The position numbers and the translations under genes were made by a program. Below, one piece after another: positions 26,593 through 37,001 of a stretch of DNA of 64,000 nt. The DNA is taken from assembly GCA_947588685.1 (NCBI GenBank), contig CANPYM010000002.1:25964-89963 (forward strand), read 5' to 3'. The DNA is from an uncultured Bacilli bacterium (GTDB taxonomy: Bacteria; Bacillota_I; Bacilli_A; RF39; UBA660). Every line of letters starts with the position of its first letter. Positions within the stretch are counted from its first letter, which is position 1. Below the pieces are notes generated by a model. It searched no databases and was not told where the DNA came from. It saw nothing but the letters and a program-made list of their open reading frames with translations.

Positions 26593-29436
26593 ATGTATAA
26601 TTTTAGTGTTATTGAAAAGAAATGGCAAAAAAAATGGTTGGATGAAAAGTGTTTTAATGTTAAAGTTGATCCAAGTAAAGAAAAGTTTTATATGCTTGTT
26701 GAGTTTCCTTATCCATCAGGTGTTGGCTTACATGTTGGACACGCTAGAGTATATACGGCATCTGATGTGCAAGCACGTTATCGAAAAGCTTTAGGATATA
26801 ATGTTTTATTCCCAATGGGTTGGGATGCCTTTGGAGCGCCAGCTGAACAATATGCGATTCAAAATCATATTCATCCTAAGGAAGCTGTTAATGAAAATAT
26901 CAAAGTTTTTAAAGGCCAAATGCAATCACTTGGTTTAGCTATTGATTGGTCTAGAGAATTTTCAACTACCGATCCTGAATATTATCGTTTAACGCAATGG
27001 CAATTTTTACAATTTTATAAAGCAGGTCTTGCTTATAAAGCCGAAAAAGAAATTAACTGGTGTCCAAAGTGTAAGACTGGTTTATCTAATGAAGATGCCC
27101 AAGGTGGTGTTTGTGAACGATGTGGTTCGAAGACGACCAAGAAGTTAAAAAATCAATGGGTTTTAAAGATGAGTGCATACGCTGATAAACTTATTGATGG
27201 TTTGGACGATACGGAGTTTTTGGATAAAGTTAAAATAGCGCAAATAAACTGGATTGGTAAAAGTATTGGGGCTTCTATTAACTTTAAATTAAAAGATACC
27301 GATGATTATCTTGAAGTCTTTACAACTAGAGCTGATACTTTATATGGTGTCACCTTTATGGTTGTAAGTCCTGAACACCCTTATCTTGAAAAGTATAAGG
27401 ATAAGATTCACAACTTAAAAGAATTACAAGCTTATCAAGAAGCCGCTCGTCATAAAAGTGATATTGAAAGAACGGATGCAACCCGTGAAAAAACAGGTAT
27501 TTGTATTGATGGCTTGACGGCTATTAATCCTATTAATAATGAAGAAATACCAATTTGGGTAAGTGATTATGTTTTAGCAGGATATGGAACGGGTGCTATA
27601 ATGGCGGTTCCTGCTCACGATGAAAGAGATTATGCTTTCGCTAAGAAGTTTAATATTCCAATCAGACAAGTTATCATTCCTGTTTATGAAGGGGATGACG
27701 CACCACGTCCTGATAAAGAAGAAACAAAACGTGAAGTTGTCGTCTTAATGGTAAAACATCCAACGGAAGATAAATATCTATGTGTTAAAAATTTAAAATT
27801 AGGTTGGAAGAGCCTTCTTATGGGTGGCATTGAAGAGGGTGAAACACCAGAAGAAGCCGCTAAAAGAGAATTAAGAGAAGAATCAGGATATATTAATTTT
27901 GACCATGATTGGACTTTTGACTTTATGTTTAGAGAAAAGTTCTATGCTGCTCATAAAGATGTTAATCGTAATATTACTAACCACATTATTGTTGGACACT
28001 TGTCAACTTTAACGCAAGGTGAGATTAGTGAGGAAGAAAAAAATACCCAAGAAGCATTCTGGGTTAGTGCTGATGAATTAATGGATACCTTAGACTTTAC
28101 AACCCATAAGAAAGTTGTCAGTGACTACTTTAATGGTGAGAATGCCTATGTTGGCGATGGTGAGATGGTTAATTCTGATATCTTAAATGATATTGATAAT
28201 AAAAAAGATAGTATCGACAAAATGATTAACTATCTAGAGAGTAAAGGTATTGGTAAAAAGACGACTAATTATCGTTTACAAGATTGGATTTTCTCACGTC
28301 AACGTTTCTGGGGTGAGCCAATTCCAATGGTTAATTGTCCTAAATGTGGATGGGTACCAGTTAAAGAAGAAGATTTACCGGTCGTTTTACCAGATGTTAG
28401 TGCTTATGAACCAACCGAGACGGGGGAAAGCCCACTTGCTAATATTAAAGAATGGGTTAAGACAACTTGTCCAAAATGTGGTGGCGAAGCCGAAAGAGAA
28501 ACCGACACGATGCCAAACTGGGCTGGTTCTAGTTGGTATTGGTTAAGATATATGGATCCTCATAGCGATAAAATAGCTAGTGATGAAGCTCTAAATTATT
28601 GGGGTAAAGTTGATCTATATGATGGTGGTATGGAACATGCGACAAGACATTTACTATATGCTAGGTTTTGGAACATCTTCTTACACGAACAAGGCTTAGT
28701 TCCTAATAGTGAGCCATTCTTAAAACGTATCAGCCATGGTATGATTTTAGGTGAAGGCGGCGAGAAGATGAGTAAGAGTAAAGGTAATGTCGTTAATCCT
28801 AATGATATGATTAGGGATTATGGAGCCGATGCCTTAAGAACATATGAGATGTTTATTGGTGATTACTCTAAAGATGCGGCTTGGAGTGAGAATGGCTTAA
28901 AGGGCTGTAAAAAGTTCTTAGACCGGATATGGAAATTACAAGATAAATTAAATAATGAAGAAGGATATACGAAAGCCTTAGAAACGATAATTCATAAAAC
29001 AATTAAAAAGGTAACTTTAGATATTGCTAATTTGGATTATAATACAGCCGTATCAGCATTGATGATTTTACTTAATGAAACGGATAAATGTGAGAGTATT
29101 ACCAAAAGTGATTATCGAACTATCTTAGCTCTTTTAAATCCTTTTGCCCCACATATCACGGAAGAATTAAATGAGATATGTGGCCTAGGAGAACCATTCT
29201 ATAATAGTAGTTGGCCTACTTATGATGAAGCTAAGACGAATGATGCTAGTTATGAAATGGTTGTTCAAGTCAATGGTAAAGTAAGAGGTAAGATTGAAGT
29301 TTCAACGGATACAACCGATGAAGAAATGAAGTCTTTAGCGCAAGATATTGATAATGTTAAAGTTCATCTTGAAGGTAAAGAAATTGTTAAGATTATCGTT
29401 GTTCCTAAAAAACTTGTTAATATTGTTGTCAAATAA
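26593..29436 (+). CDS. leuS: leucine--tRNA ligase with ~150-aa Nudix hydrolase domain insertion
   Basis: HIGH-region P.PSG.GLHVGHA, KMSKS. Insertion at ~27675-28135 carries the Nudix box GGIEEGETPEEAAKRELREESGY (27823-27891). Confidence 0.93.
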   Translation: MYNFSVIEKKWQKKWLDEKCFNVKVDPSKEKFYMLVEFPYPSGVGLHVGHARVYTASDVQARYRKALGYNVLFPMGWDAFGAPAEQYAIQNHIHPKEAVNENIKVFKGQMQSLGLAIDWSREFSTTDPEYYRLTQWQFLQFYKAGLAYKAEKEINWCPKCKTGLSNEDAQGGVCERCGSKTTKKLKNQWVLKMSAYADKLIDGLDDTEFLDKVKIAQINWIGKSIGASINFKLKDTDDYLEVFTTRADTLYGVTFMVVSPEHPYLEKYKDKIHNLKELQAYQEAARHKSDIERTDATREKTGICIDGLTAINPINNEEIPIWVSDYVLAGYGTGAIMAVPAHDERDYAFAKKFNIPIRQVIIPVYEGDDAPRPDKEETKREVVVLMVKHPTEDKYLCVKNLKLGWKSLLMGGIEEGETPEEAAKRELREESGYINFDHDWTFDFMFREKFYAAHKDVNRNITNHIIVGHLSTLTQGEISEEEKNTQEAFWVSADELMDTLDFTTHKKVVSDYFNGENAYVGDGEMVNSDILNDIDNKKDSIDKMINYLESKGIGKKTTNYRLQDWIFSRQRFWGEPIPMVNCPKCGWVPVKEEDLPVVLPDVSAYEPTETGESPLANIKEWVKTTCPKCGGEAERETDTMPNWAGSSWYWLRYMDPHSDKIASDEALNYWGKVDLYDGGMEHATRHLLYARFWNIFLHEQGLVPNSEPFLKRISHGMILGEGGEKMSKSKGNVVNPNDMIRDYGADALRTYEMFIGDYSKDAAWSENGLKGCKKFLDRIWKLQDKLNNEEGYTKALETIIHKTIKKVTLDIANLDYNTAVSALMILLNETDKCESITKSDYRTILALLNPFAPHITEELNEICGLGEPFYNSSWPTYDEAKTNDASYEMVVQVNGKVRGKIEVSTDTTDEEMKSLAQDIDNVKVHLEGKEIVKIIVVPKKLVNIVVK

Positions 29437-29459
29437 AAGGAGTACTAAATGTACTCCTT

Positions 29460-30632
29460 TTAGCGAACAATCCAAGCATTTGGTAAGTAACGATCACCAG
29501 CATAGCCATAACCTCTAGGGTTATTAACAATTTTATTATTGATAACAAGAATTGATGATCCACCACCATCTAAGTTCGCGGCGTTATAAGCGTTATACTT
29601 TTGAAATAGGGTAATCATTTCTTGATAAGAGATACCTTTACTACCATTAGCGCCTCGCCCATCAATGACAAGGAATAAAACGATACCATCTTTTCTTTGG
29701 GCGATGGCTGTTCTGTTAGCATCAGCACCATTACCTTTGGCATTGGTAGCTTTACCATTAACAATTAAGAATGGTCCAAATGTCATTGCATTATACATAC
29801 CTTTTTTAATAGCGCTTTCAGCACTTCCAGATGATAACATTAATACGTGATTTTTCGTAAATCCAATTAAGCCACCACCATGGGTATTACGTCTTCCGAC
29901 GGAGGCAATTTTACCATTTTTAATAACTGTTCCATGAGGGATTAAAGCTCCACCGGAGCGGGAAAAACCACTCGCATTAATAGCTACTTTAGCTTTAGCC
30001 TCTTTAGCCATTTGAAGCATTCCTTGACCACCGCTATTAATTTTTGATGATGTATATAAACTAATACGGGCTGGATCATAAATGACAACCATATAGCCAT
30101 TATAATCTTTTTCATCAATCGTAATTAATTTATAAATAGCGTCTTTATCACGTTTTAAAATTTGTTCTTCATAGGCTGATTCATAATTATTAGTATCGGT
30201 ATTATCAAAAGTAATCTCACTGGTATTCGTGTCATCACTAGTTTCAACGATGACACTTTCTTTAGCTACTCTTTCAATTTCAAAATCAGAATAAAGGACA
30301 TTGGCAAAATATTTGTGATGACCAGTTTCTAAAGCCGTCGTTATCCACCAATTTTTAAAATTATCAAAAGGTCCATAAACAATGAAAAATAGGGAAAGCG
30401 CTACAAGATCAGCTAAGACACATAAAATAGTTAGAATTGATACTTTCTTTTTTTTCTTTTTCTTTGTTACAACCTTTTTGGAATCTTCTATTTTGGTTAC
30501 GTCATCTTTTTTGATGCTTTTCTTTTCTACCTTAGCGACTTCATTTTTTTTGCTACTTTTTTTCTTTTTCTTGTCTTCTATTTTTGTCACATCATTTTTT
30601 TTGACGTTCTTTTTTTTCTTTTCATCTTTCAC
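29460..30632 (-). CDS. phosphodiester glycosidase family (DUF2233/NAGPA-like) membrane protein with Lys-rich repeat N-terminal tail
   Basis: N-terminal KKNDVTKIEDKKKKK-type repeats, one TM, C-terminal NLDGGGSSIL motif. Confidence 0.55.
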   Translation of the reverse strand: MKDEKKKKNVKKNDVTKIEDKKKKKSSKKNEVAKVEKKSIKKDDVTKIEDSKKVVTKKKKKKKVSILTILCVLADLVALSLFFIVYGPFDNFKNWWITTALETGHHKYFANVLYSDFEIERVAKESVIVETSDDTNTSEITFDNTDTNNYESAYEEQILKRDKDAIYKLITIDEKDYNGYMVVIYDPARISLYTSSKINSGGQGMLQMAKEAKAKVAINASGFSRSGGALIPHGTVIKNGKIASVGRRNTHGGGLIGFTKNHVLMLSSGSAESAIKKGMYNAMTFGPFLIVNGKATNAKGNGADANRTAIAQRKDGIVLFLVIDGRGANGSKGISYQEMITLFQKYNAYNAANLDGGGSSILVINNKIVNNPRGYGYAGDRYLPNAWIVR

Positions 30633-31993
30633 TATGAACTACCTCCTAACGTTAAAGGGGATAGATATGTTCCATTGCCACTTTTAATTTCGATATCACC
30701 TTTTAAATAAATAACTGGGCGAACATTAAGCTTTTGCGTTGTCATACTTTCATATAAACCTTTATTAGCGTTAACTGAGAAAATGGCTGATTCATTAGCT
30801 ATATCGGTTGTAAGAAGGAAAGTGTTAGGAACTTCATAAGCAAATAAATCGGCAACTGATAACATACCAACTTTAAGATTAGCAGTATTTTTTAAAACCG
30901 TCCGATAATCATTTGTAGTAAGAGAATAGGTACCGGTATAAAAAGGTCCACTAACTATTAAAGCGTTATCTTTAAGGCTATTTAAATAGGTTTTATTTAA
31001 GTAATACATTAGATTTGTTTTATCTGATGTACTTATTTTATTAGAATAATTAGAATAAGCAATACTAAGACATTCTTCACCATTTTTGATACATTCGGTG
31101 CTGACTAGTTTAACTTTGTCTTTGTCTTTAGCAACAATTCGCCATAAAGTATCATTAAATGTTACATAATTACCAATATAGGCATCAGTTAATTTATTTA
31201 AAGAAACATTATCAATTAAATATGGATTTTCAGATATACCTTCGCCACCTAAGACTTTTGTTTGATCAGATAAGGTAATAACTGGTCTAATGCCTAACTT
31301 AGTATTATTTAAATTGTTGCTAACTAAGCCGTCTGAAGCAATATACCAGACATTTTCAGAATTATAGCGATTACTCGTCCAAAAGGTTGTTTCATTGACA
31401 AGATAACTTTCATTAGCGCCTGCTTTTAAGTAATCATCAAGACTTAAAAGACCAATTTTGTAGTCATAAGTAGTCTCATAACAACCAGCGATGCTGATAT
31501 CGTTAAAGCGATCAAGACAGACTTTGTTTTTGACAAGATCTTTGTCATCTTCTAAAGCGTTTTCGAAAATACCACTTGTATTATCCTCGCCCTTATTTAA
31601 ATAAGGAAGAATTATTGTATTTAAATCAGAACCATAAGCAAGGGAAGTGATGGTATCTTCAGATACCATTGTAATAGAATGGTCTTGATTTATTCTAATA
31701 ACCCGCCATAAAAAGCCTTTATATTTAACGTAATTATTATTAACATTGCCCACGAAACGATAGATACCATTTAATTCGATAAAACTTGTTTTAAGGTCAT
31801 AGGTATCATTTTCATCAATAATGCGTTCATATAAAAGATCAGAGTAAACAACTGGTTTTTGACTTTCTTTATAATAATAGATAAGTCTACCTACATAGTA
31901 TGTTACACAGCCTAATAAGAATATAATACTTATAAGGTTGAAAATTAATTGTTTTTTAATTTTTCTTCTAGATTTTTTCATAGTATCCCTCAA
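30632..31993 (-). CDS. hypothetical membrane-anchored extracellular protein
   Basis: N-terminal TM (LIFNLISIIFLLGCVTYYVG). Start/stop overlap with the downstream gene, indicating an operon. Confidence 0.45.
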   Translation of the reverse strand: MRDTMKKSRRKIKKQLIFNLISIIFLLGCVTYYVGRLIYYYKESQKPVVYSDLLYERIIDENDTYDLKTSFIELNGIYRFVGNVNNNYVKYKGFLWRVIRINQDHSITMVSEDTITSLAYGSDLNTIILPYLNKGEDNTSGIFENALEDDKDLVKNKVCLDRFNDISIAGCYETTYDYKIGLLSLDDYLKAGANESYLVNETTFWTSNRYNSENVWYIASDGLVSNNLNNTKLGIRPVITLSDQTKVLGGEGISENPYLIDNVSLNKLTDAYIGNYVTFNDTLWRIVAKDKDKVKLVSTECIKNGEECLSIAYSNYSNKISTSDKTNLMYYLNKTYLNSLKDNALIVSGPFYTGTYSLTTNDYRTVLKNTANLKVGMLSVADLFAYEVPNTFLLTTDIANESAIFSVNANKGLYESMTTQKLNVRPVIYLKGDIEIKSGNGTYLSPLTLGGSS

Positions 31994-32112
31994 TTACCCA
32001 ACGTTACCATTATATCAAAAAAAGCCTTAGGAGACAATTAATTTGTATACAATTGTCGAATTATATAGTATAATATAGATGTCCTTAAAACGTAAAGGAG
32101 CGTGATAGTCAT

Positions 32113-34989
32113 ATGTTTGAAAAGAAAAAAATGAAACATCTTTTCCCACTTATCGTGGCGATGGCTATTTTAGCGCTTCTTTTAATTATAGTCGAAATTT
32201 TTACATCATATGACGGAACAGATACAGAAGATAAATTAGACAATGGTAAAATTAATATTAATGCGTTAGTTATTAATGAAATAATGACGTCTAATAAAGG
32301 AGCTTTAGCTGATAAAGATGGCAATACCTATGATTGGATTGAATTATATAATGGTACAAGTAAGGATATTGATCTTACGGGTTATGGCTTAAGTGATGAA
32401 CAATCTGGTAATACAAAATGGCTTTTTCCTAATGTTACTATCAAAAGTAAAGATTATTTAATTGTATATTTAAGTGGTTCCAATAAAGATGGATTATATG
32501 CTAATTTTGCTTTAGATAAAGCCGGAGGGGAGACCCTTACATTAAAGAAAAAATCTGGTAAAGTAGTTGACTCTGTCAAGACTAAATCGCTTGCTAAAAA
32601 CAATGTTATGGCGCGTAATAGTAGTGGTAAATGGATTGAAACGGCCGATATGACGCCGGGTTTTGCTAATAACGATGAAGGTCGGAAAGCTTTCTTAGAA
32701 AAACGGACCTTAACGAATGATGATCCTCTTAGTATTACAGAGTTTTTACCACGTAATGATGGTAATATCAGTTTTGACGGCCATTTATATAGCTATATAG
32801 AAATTCAAAATACTGGTAAAGAAAGTGTTTCCTTAAAGAATTATTTTGTTTCTAATGATCTTAATATGCCATATCAATATCGACTTCCTGATGTGATGTT
32901 AAAACCTAATGAAACATATCTCATTTATACATCTAATCTCGGCCATGATAATCATGCTAACTTTACCTTAAAAAGTAAAAATGGTGTCGTTATTTTGGCT
33001 CATGGCGCTGACATCATCGAAGAAGTTGAATACACGGATGTTCCTAATGGAAGTGCCTACATAAAAACGTCGGGTGGCGATTTTATGGAAAGTGTCAACA
33101 TTACGCCAGGCTATCCAAACACACCGGAGGGAATGGAAAACTTCACTAATTATGAACGCAAAAATCCAACGGACTTAATCATTAGTGAACTTATGAATGC
33201 CAATACAAAGTATTTAGCTCAAAATGGTGGTGAATACTATGATTGGATTGAATTATATAATAATTCGGGTAAGACGATTAATCTTGCTGATTATGCTCTT
33301 TCAACTGATACCGGTAATAAAAAGATGTATGTTTTGCCAAAGAAAGAATTAAAAAGCGGTGAGTATTACGTTTTAATGGCATCCGGAGATACCGCTTTAA
33401 GTAATTCTAAATATGCGCATGCTAACTTTAAAATATCCGAAAGTGAAAGTATCTTCCTATATAAAGGGAATGACTTAATTGATTCTGTTGCCATATCTAA
33501 TATTCCAAGGGGATATAGTTATGGTAGGAGTAATGTCAAAGGATTTTACTATTATGCGACACCAACGCCAGGTGCGAAGAACAATAATAGTGGCATTTTA
33601 GAAATTGCGTATGAACCTGTTTTTGTTACAACCCCAGGTGTATATAATAACGTTTCTAATGTTTCCGTAACATTAAAAGGGGAAGGGACTATTTATTATA
33701 CTTTAGATGGTTCAACACCAACTACTAAATCTAAGGTGTATAATAGTCCTATTATTTTAAAAAAAACAACCGTTGTTAAAGCTATTTCCTATGCGAGTAA
33801 AAAAAAAGCAAGTGCGGTTACGACCGGATCATATATTATTAATGAAAATCATACGCTTCCGGTTTTATCCGTCAGTTTACCACCAACGTCTTTTAAATCT
33901 GTAAGTTCAAGGACAAGTGCGAGTGGTTATGTCGTTGCGGCCCATGCGGAATTATATGAAAAGGACAAATCTTTTTCTGTTGATTGTGGGTTAAAATTGT
34001 TTGGTGGATCAACAAGATATATGGCTAAGAAAAGCTTTACTTTAAAGTTTTCTAAAAAATATGGCCCATCTACTTTAAATTATAAAGTCTTTGATAACCG
34101 GGATGCGGTTAAGTATGATTCCTTGGTTATTCGAAGTGGTTCCCAAGATAGTACCGGAACAATGATTAGAGATGAACTCGCTACATCCTTGATGAATGAT
34201 TATGGAACGGTTGATGTTCAGGCTTACAAAGGTGTTATTTTATATATCAATGGTGAATATTGGGGCATTTATTTTATTCGGGAGAAAGTTGATGAAGAGT
34301 TTGTCCGCCATCACTATGATGTTCCGGAAGAAGGAACCAATATTGTTAGGATTGATAATCAAGTTAGTGCTGGATCATCAAAAGATTACCGGTCACTCGT
34401 CAACTATGTTAAAAGTCATGATATGAGTGTCGCTAGTAATTATGATTATGTTACAAAAAAATTAGATATCGACAATTTTATTGACTATTGGATTGGCGCT
34501 ATGTATACAACCAATAATGATATTGTCAATACTAGATTTTTTAATAATCCTAACCTTGATGGTGGTAGGATAAAAATGGTCTTTTATGACTTTGACTATG
34601 CCTTCTATAATACGGATCGCAATTATATGCAGTGGATGACAGCTAGTAATGGTCTTTCAGCTTACACTTGGAGTTATGATAATTCACTTCTTCGTAATCT
34701 ACTAAAAAATAAAACATTTAAGAAACGTTTCTTAGAACGAGCATCTTATAATTATAAAAACTTATGGAATAAAAATGTTGTTATGAAAAGGTATAACGAA
34801 CTTATCAATCTAATCAAACCAGAAATAAGTCGTAATCAAAAACGTTGGAATAATACGATGAAAGATTGGGAAAGTGAATGTAAAACCCTTAAAAACTATA
34901 TTAATAACCGGGATACTTATTTTGTTAATCACATTAAAAGTTATTTTGGCTTAAGTAGTAAGGAAGTGAAAGAATACTTTGGAACATAA
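32113..34989 (+). CDS. CotH kinase family protein with two lamin-tail (LTD) domains and chitobiase-C-like Ig domain
   Basis: Signal/TM N-terminus. LTD motifs (INEIMTSN...YDWIELYN) x2. CotH region (YWGIYF...DNFIDYWIGAMYTTNND). Confidence 0.75.
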   Translation: MFEKKKMKHLFPLIVAMAILALLLIIVEIFTSYDGTDTEDKLDNGKININALVINEIMTSNKGALADKDGNTYDWIELYNGTSKDIDLTGYGLSDEQSGNTKWLFPNVTIKSKDYLIVYLSGSNKDGLYANFALDKAGGETLTLKKKSGKVVDSVKTKSLAKNNVMARNSSGKWIETADMTPGFANNDEGRKAFLEKRTLTNDDPLSITEFLPRNDGNISFDGHLYSYIEIQNTGKESVSLKNYFVSNDLNMPYQYRLPDVMLKPNETYLIYTSNLGHDNHANFTLKSKNGVVILAHGADIIEEVEYTDVPNGSAYIKTSGGDFMESVNITPGYPNTPEGMENFTNYERKNPTDLIISELMNANTKYLAQNGGEYYDWIELYNNSGKTINLADYALSTDTGNKKMYVLPKKELKSGEYYVLMASGDTALSNSKYAHANFKISESESIFLYKGNDLIDSVAISNIPRGYSYGRSNVKGFYYYATPTPGAKNNNSGILEIAYEPVFVTTPGVYNNVSNVSVTLKGEGTIYYTLDGSTPTTKSKVYNSPIILKKTTVVKAISYASKKKASAVTTGSYIINENHTLPVLSVSLPPTSFKSVSSRTSASGYVVAAHAELYEKDKSFSVDCGLKLFGGSTRYMAKKSFTLKFSKKYGPSTLNYKVFDNRDAVKYDSLVIRSGSQDSTGTMIRDELATSLMNDYGTVDVQAYKGVILYINGEYWGIYFIREKVDEEFVRHHYDVPEEGTNIVRIDNQVSAGSSKDYRSLVNYVKSHDMSVASNYDYVTKKLDIDNFIDYWIGAMYTTNNDIVNTRFFNNPNLDGGRIKMVFYDFDYAFYNTDRNYMQWMTASNGLSAYTWSYDNSLLRNLLKNKTFKKRFLERASYNYKNLWNKNVVMKRYNELINLIKPEISRNQKRWNNTMKDWESECKTLKNYINNRDTYFVNHIKSYFGLSSKEVKEYFGT

Positions 34990-35674
34990 ACAATATCGTT
35001 ATGAGTTAAAGTTTATCTTAAATAGGAAACAAGCTGAAGTTTTGAAACATCGTCTTTCACTTTTAATGGAAGTTGATGCCAATTCAGTTAATCCTAACCA
35101 TACTTACTTTATTAGAAGCCTATATTTTGATGATTTAGAAGATAGTGCCTACTATGAAAAAGTTGATGGTATCTATGAAAGAAATAAGTACCGTATTCGT
35201 ATCTATAATCTAGATGATTCTTATATTCGGCTTGAACGTAAAGAAAAAACGCGTGATTTAACTTATAAAAAGCAAGCTATTATTTCTAAAGATGCTTGCC
35301 TTAGAATAATCAAAGGAGATTTACCAAATCCTGCTTCCATTGAAAATGAACTAGTTAGAGAGTTTGCTATTAAGCAAAAACTGTCCAATCTTAAGCCTAG
35401 CGTCATTGTTGATTATGAACGTTTAGCTTATACGTATCCTGTTGAGGATGTCCGGGTAACGTTTGATGAAAATATTAAATCGGGACGTTTTAGTGATGAC
35501 TTATTTGATCCTGATTTACTTACTTTTGATGTTTTAGAACCTGATGAAGTTGTTTTAGAAGTCAAATATAATAATTATATTCCTAGCCATTTAGTTAGTG
35601 TTATTACAAGTATTCCATCATTAAGACAGGCTGTTTCGAAGTTTGCTTTATGTCGGGAAAAGAAGGAGGTATAA
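34979..35674 (+). CDS. VTC domain (polyphosphate-polymerase-like) protein
   Basis: MEHKQYRYELKFIL...RSLYFDD; conserved partner of CotH. Confidence 0.65.
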   Translation: MEHKQYRYELKFILNRKQAEVLKHRLSLLMEVDANSVNPNHTYFIRSLYFDDLEDSAYYEKVDGIYERNKYRIRIYNLDDSYIRLERKEKTRDLTYKKQAIISKDACLRIIKGDLPNPASIENELVREFAIKQKLSNLKPSVIVDYERLAYTYPVEDVRVTFDENIKSGRFSDDLFDPDLLTFDVLEPDEVVLEVKYNNYIPSHLVSVITSIPSLRQAVSKFALCREKKEV

Positions 35675-35675
35675 A

Positions 35676-36329
35676 ATGGGCTTTTTAGATTTAATTAAAA
35701 AGAGTGTCGTAGCTGAGTTTAGTAATTCACTATCGACCGTGGATGTATTTTTCTCACTACTTATAGCTTTTTTAGCTGCTATTATCATCATTATTATTTA
35801 TAAGAAAACTTATACGGGGGTTTCTTACACCAAATCATTTGCATTATCAATTGTCTTACTTGCAATGGTAACATCTTTAGTTATCAGAACAATCAATTCT
35901 AATTTAGCGCTTTCTTTAGGTATGGTTGGTGCGTTATCAATCGTTCGTTTTAGAACGGCTGTTAAAGATCCGGTGGATACCATCTTTATGTTCTGGGCTA
36001 TTACCGTTGGTATTATGGCCGGAGCAGGACTTTACCTTATTACCTTAATTGCTACTTTAATTTTAGGTATTTTATATGTTGTTAGTTATACAACGACATT
36101 TAAAGCATCAAAAAAGTATCTTTTAGTTATTAAAGCTACCAAGGATGCCTCTCCAGCTATTATTAAGATAATGAGTAAAAAGAAAAAATGTGTTTTAAAA
36201 ACGGAATCTTATAAAAAGAATAAAGTTGAACTTACTTTTGAATTAGCCTCACGAGGTACAACGGAAGATATAATGAAATTACAAAGTATGGAAGAAATTG
36301 AAAGCCTTCACTTAATAAATATTGATTAA
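35676..36329 (+). CDS. DUF4956 family membrane protein
   Basis: RBS GGAGG + ATG 35676 (MGFLDLIKK). TM-rich. Conserved third member of the CotH–VTC–DUF4956 triad. Confidence 0.55.
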   Translation: MGFLDLIKKSVVAEFSNSLSTVDVFFSLLIAFLAAIIIIIIYKKTYTGVSYTKSFALSIVLLAMVTSLVIRTINSNLALSLGMVGALSIVRFRTAVKDPVDTIFMFWAITVGIMAGAGLYLITLIATLILGILYVVSYTTTFKASKKYLLVIKATKDASPAIIKIMSKKKKCVLKTESYKKNKVELTFELASRGTTEDIMKLQSMEEIESLHLINID

Positions 36330-36353
36330 GAAAGAAAAGACTTTCTTTTTTTT
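36328..36353 (+). terminator. rho-independent terminator
   Basis: AAGAAAG-AAAAGA-CTTTCTT followed by T6. Confidence 0.55.
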
Positions 36354-36386
36354 GATTAATAAGATATAATGATAATAGGTGATAGT

Positions 36387-36923
36387 ATGAATGATATCGA
36401 AAATGAAACAAAATTAGAAGAGACACCAGAAGAAAAAGTAAGTGAAGAAAAAAAGAAAATTGATTTTGAAAAAATACTTAATAATATATGGAAAGCTATC
36501 AAAAGATTTTGCTTAAGATATTGGCCACTTATGTTAATGAATTTAATTATCTTTATTTTAACTGTTTTTGTTGAAGGTATTTACTTTAACAACTTAACAG
36601 CTGGATGGGCTATTCTTAATGCCGCTGCCTTTATTATCGTTCCAACCATTATCTTTAATATATGGGGCAGGGTAACATCTGAAGATATTATCTTAAGTAT
36701 TCCAATGTTATATATCTTATTCCTTATTTCTTTAGGATATTGTACTTTAAGAGATTTATATTGGATTACATCTGGTTCTGTCGATATGATACCAGCATTC
36801 TTAGATGCTTTATTTGTCGTCTTTATTTTTACTTTTATCGAATACGTTCCAGCTTTTATTGTTACTAAATTAAAAAGAGTATCTGATTATAATAAACAAA
36901 TGGCTCATAAACACCAAAAATAA
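36387..36923 (+). CDS. hypothetical polytopic membrane protein
   Basis: AGGTGA + ATG 36387 (MNDIENET); four TM segments. Confidence 0.45.
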   Translation: MNDIENETKLEETPEEKVSEEKKKIDFEKILNNIWKAIKRFCLRYWPLMLMNLIIFILTVFVEGIYFNNLTAGWAILNAAAFIIVPTIIFNIWGRVTSEDIILSIPMLYILFLISLGYCTLRDLYWITSGSVDMIPAFLDALFVVFIFTFIEYVPAFIVTKLKRVSDYNKQMAHKHQK

Positions 36924-37001
36924 TTGGTGTTTTTTTTATAATTTAAAAAATAAAAAAGGAAATCGCTCTTAAATCAATAATAATTTAATAGGAGGTTTAA
37001 T

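Noticed and set aside
30382-30687. F/L-rich + strand ORF (101 aa)
   Set aside because: Mirror-strand artefact of the Lys-rich repeat coding region of the - strand gene 29460-30632; poly-Phe composition, no RBS.
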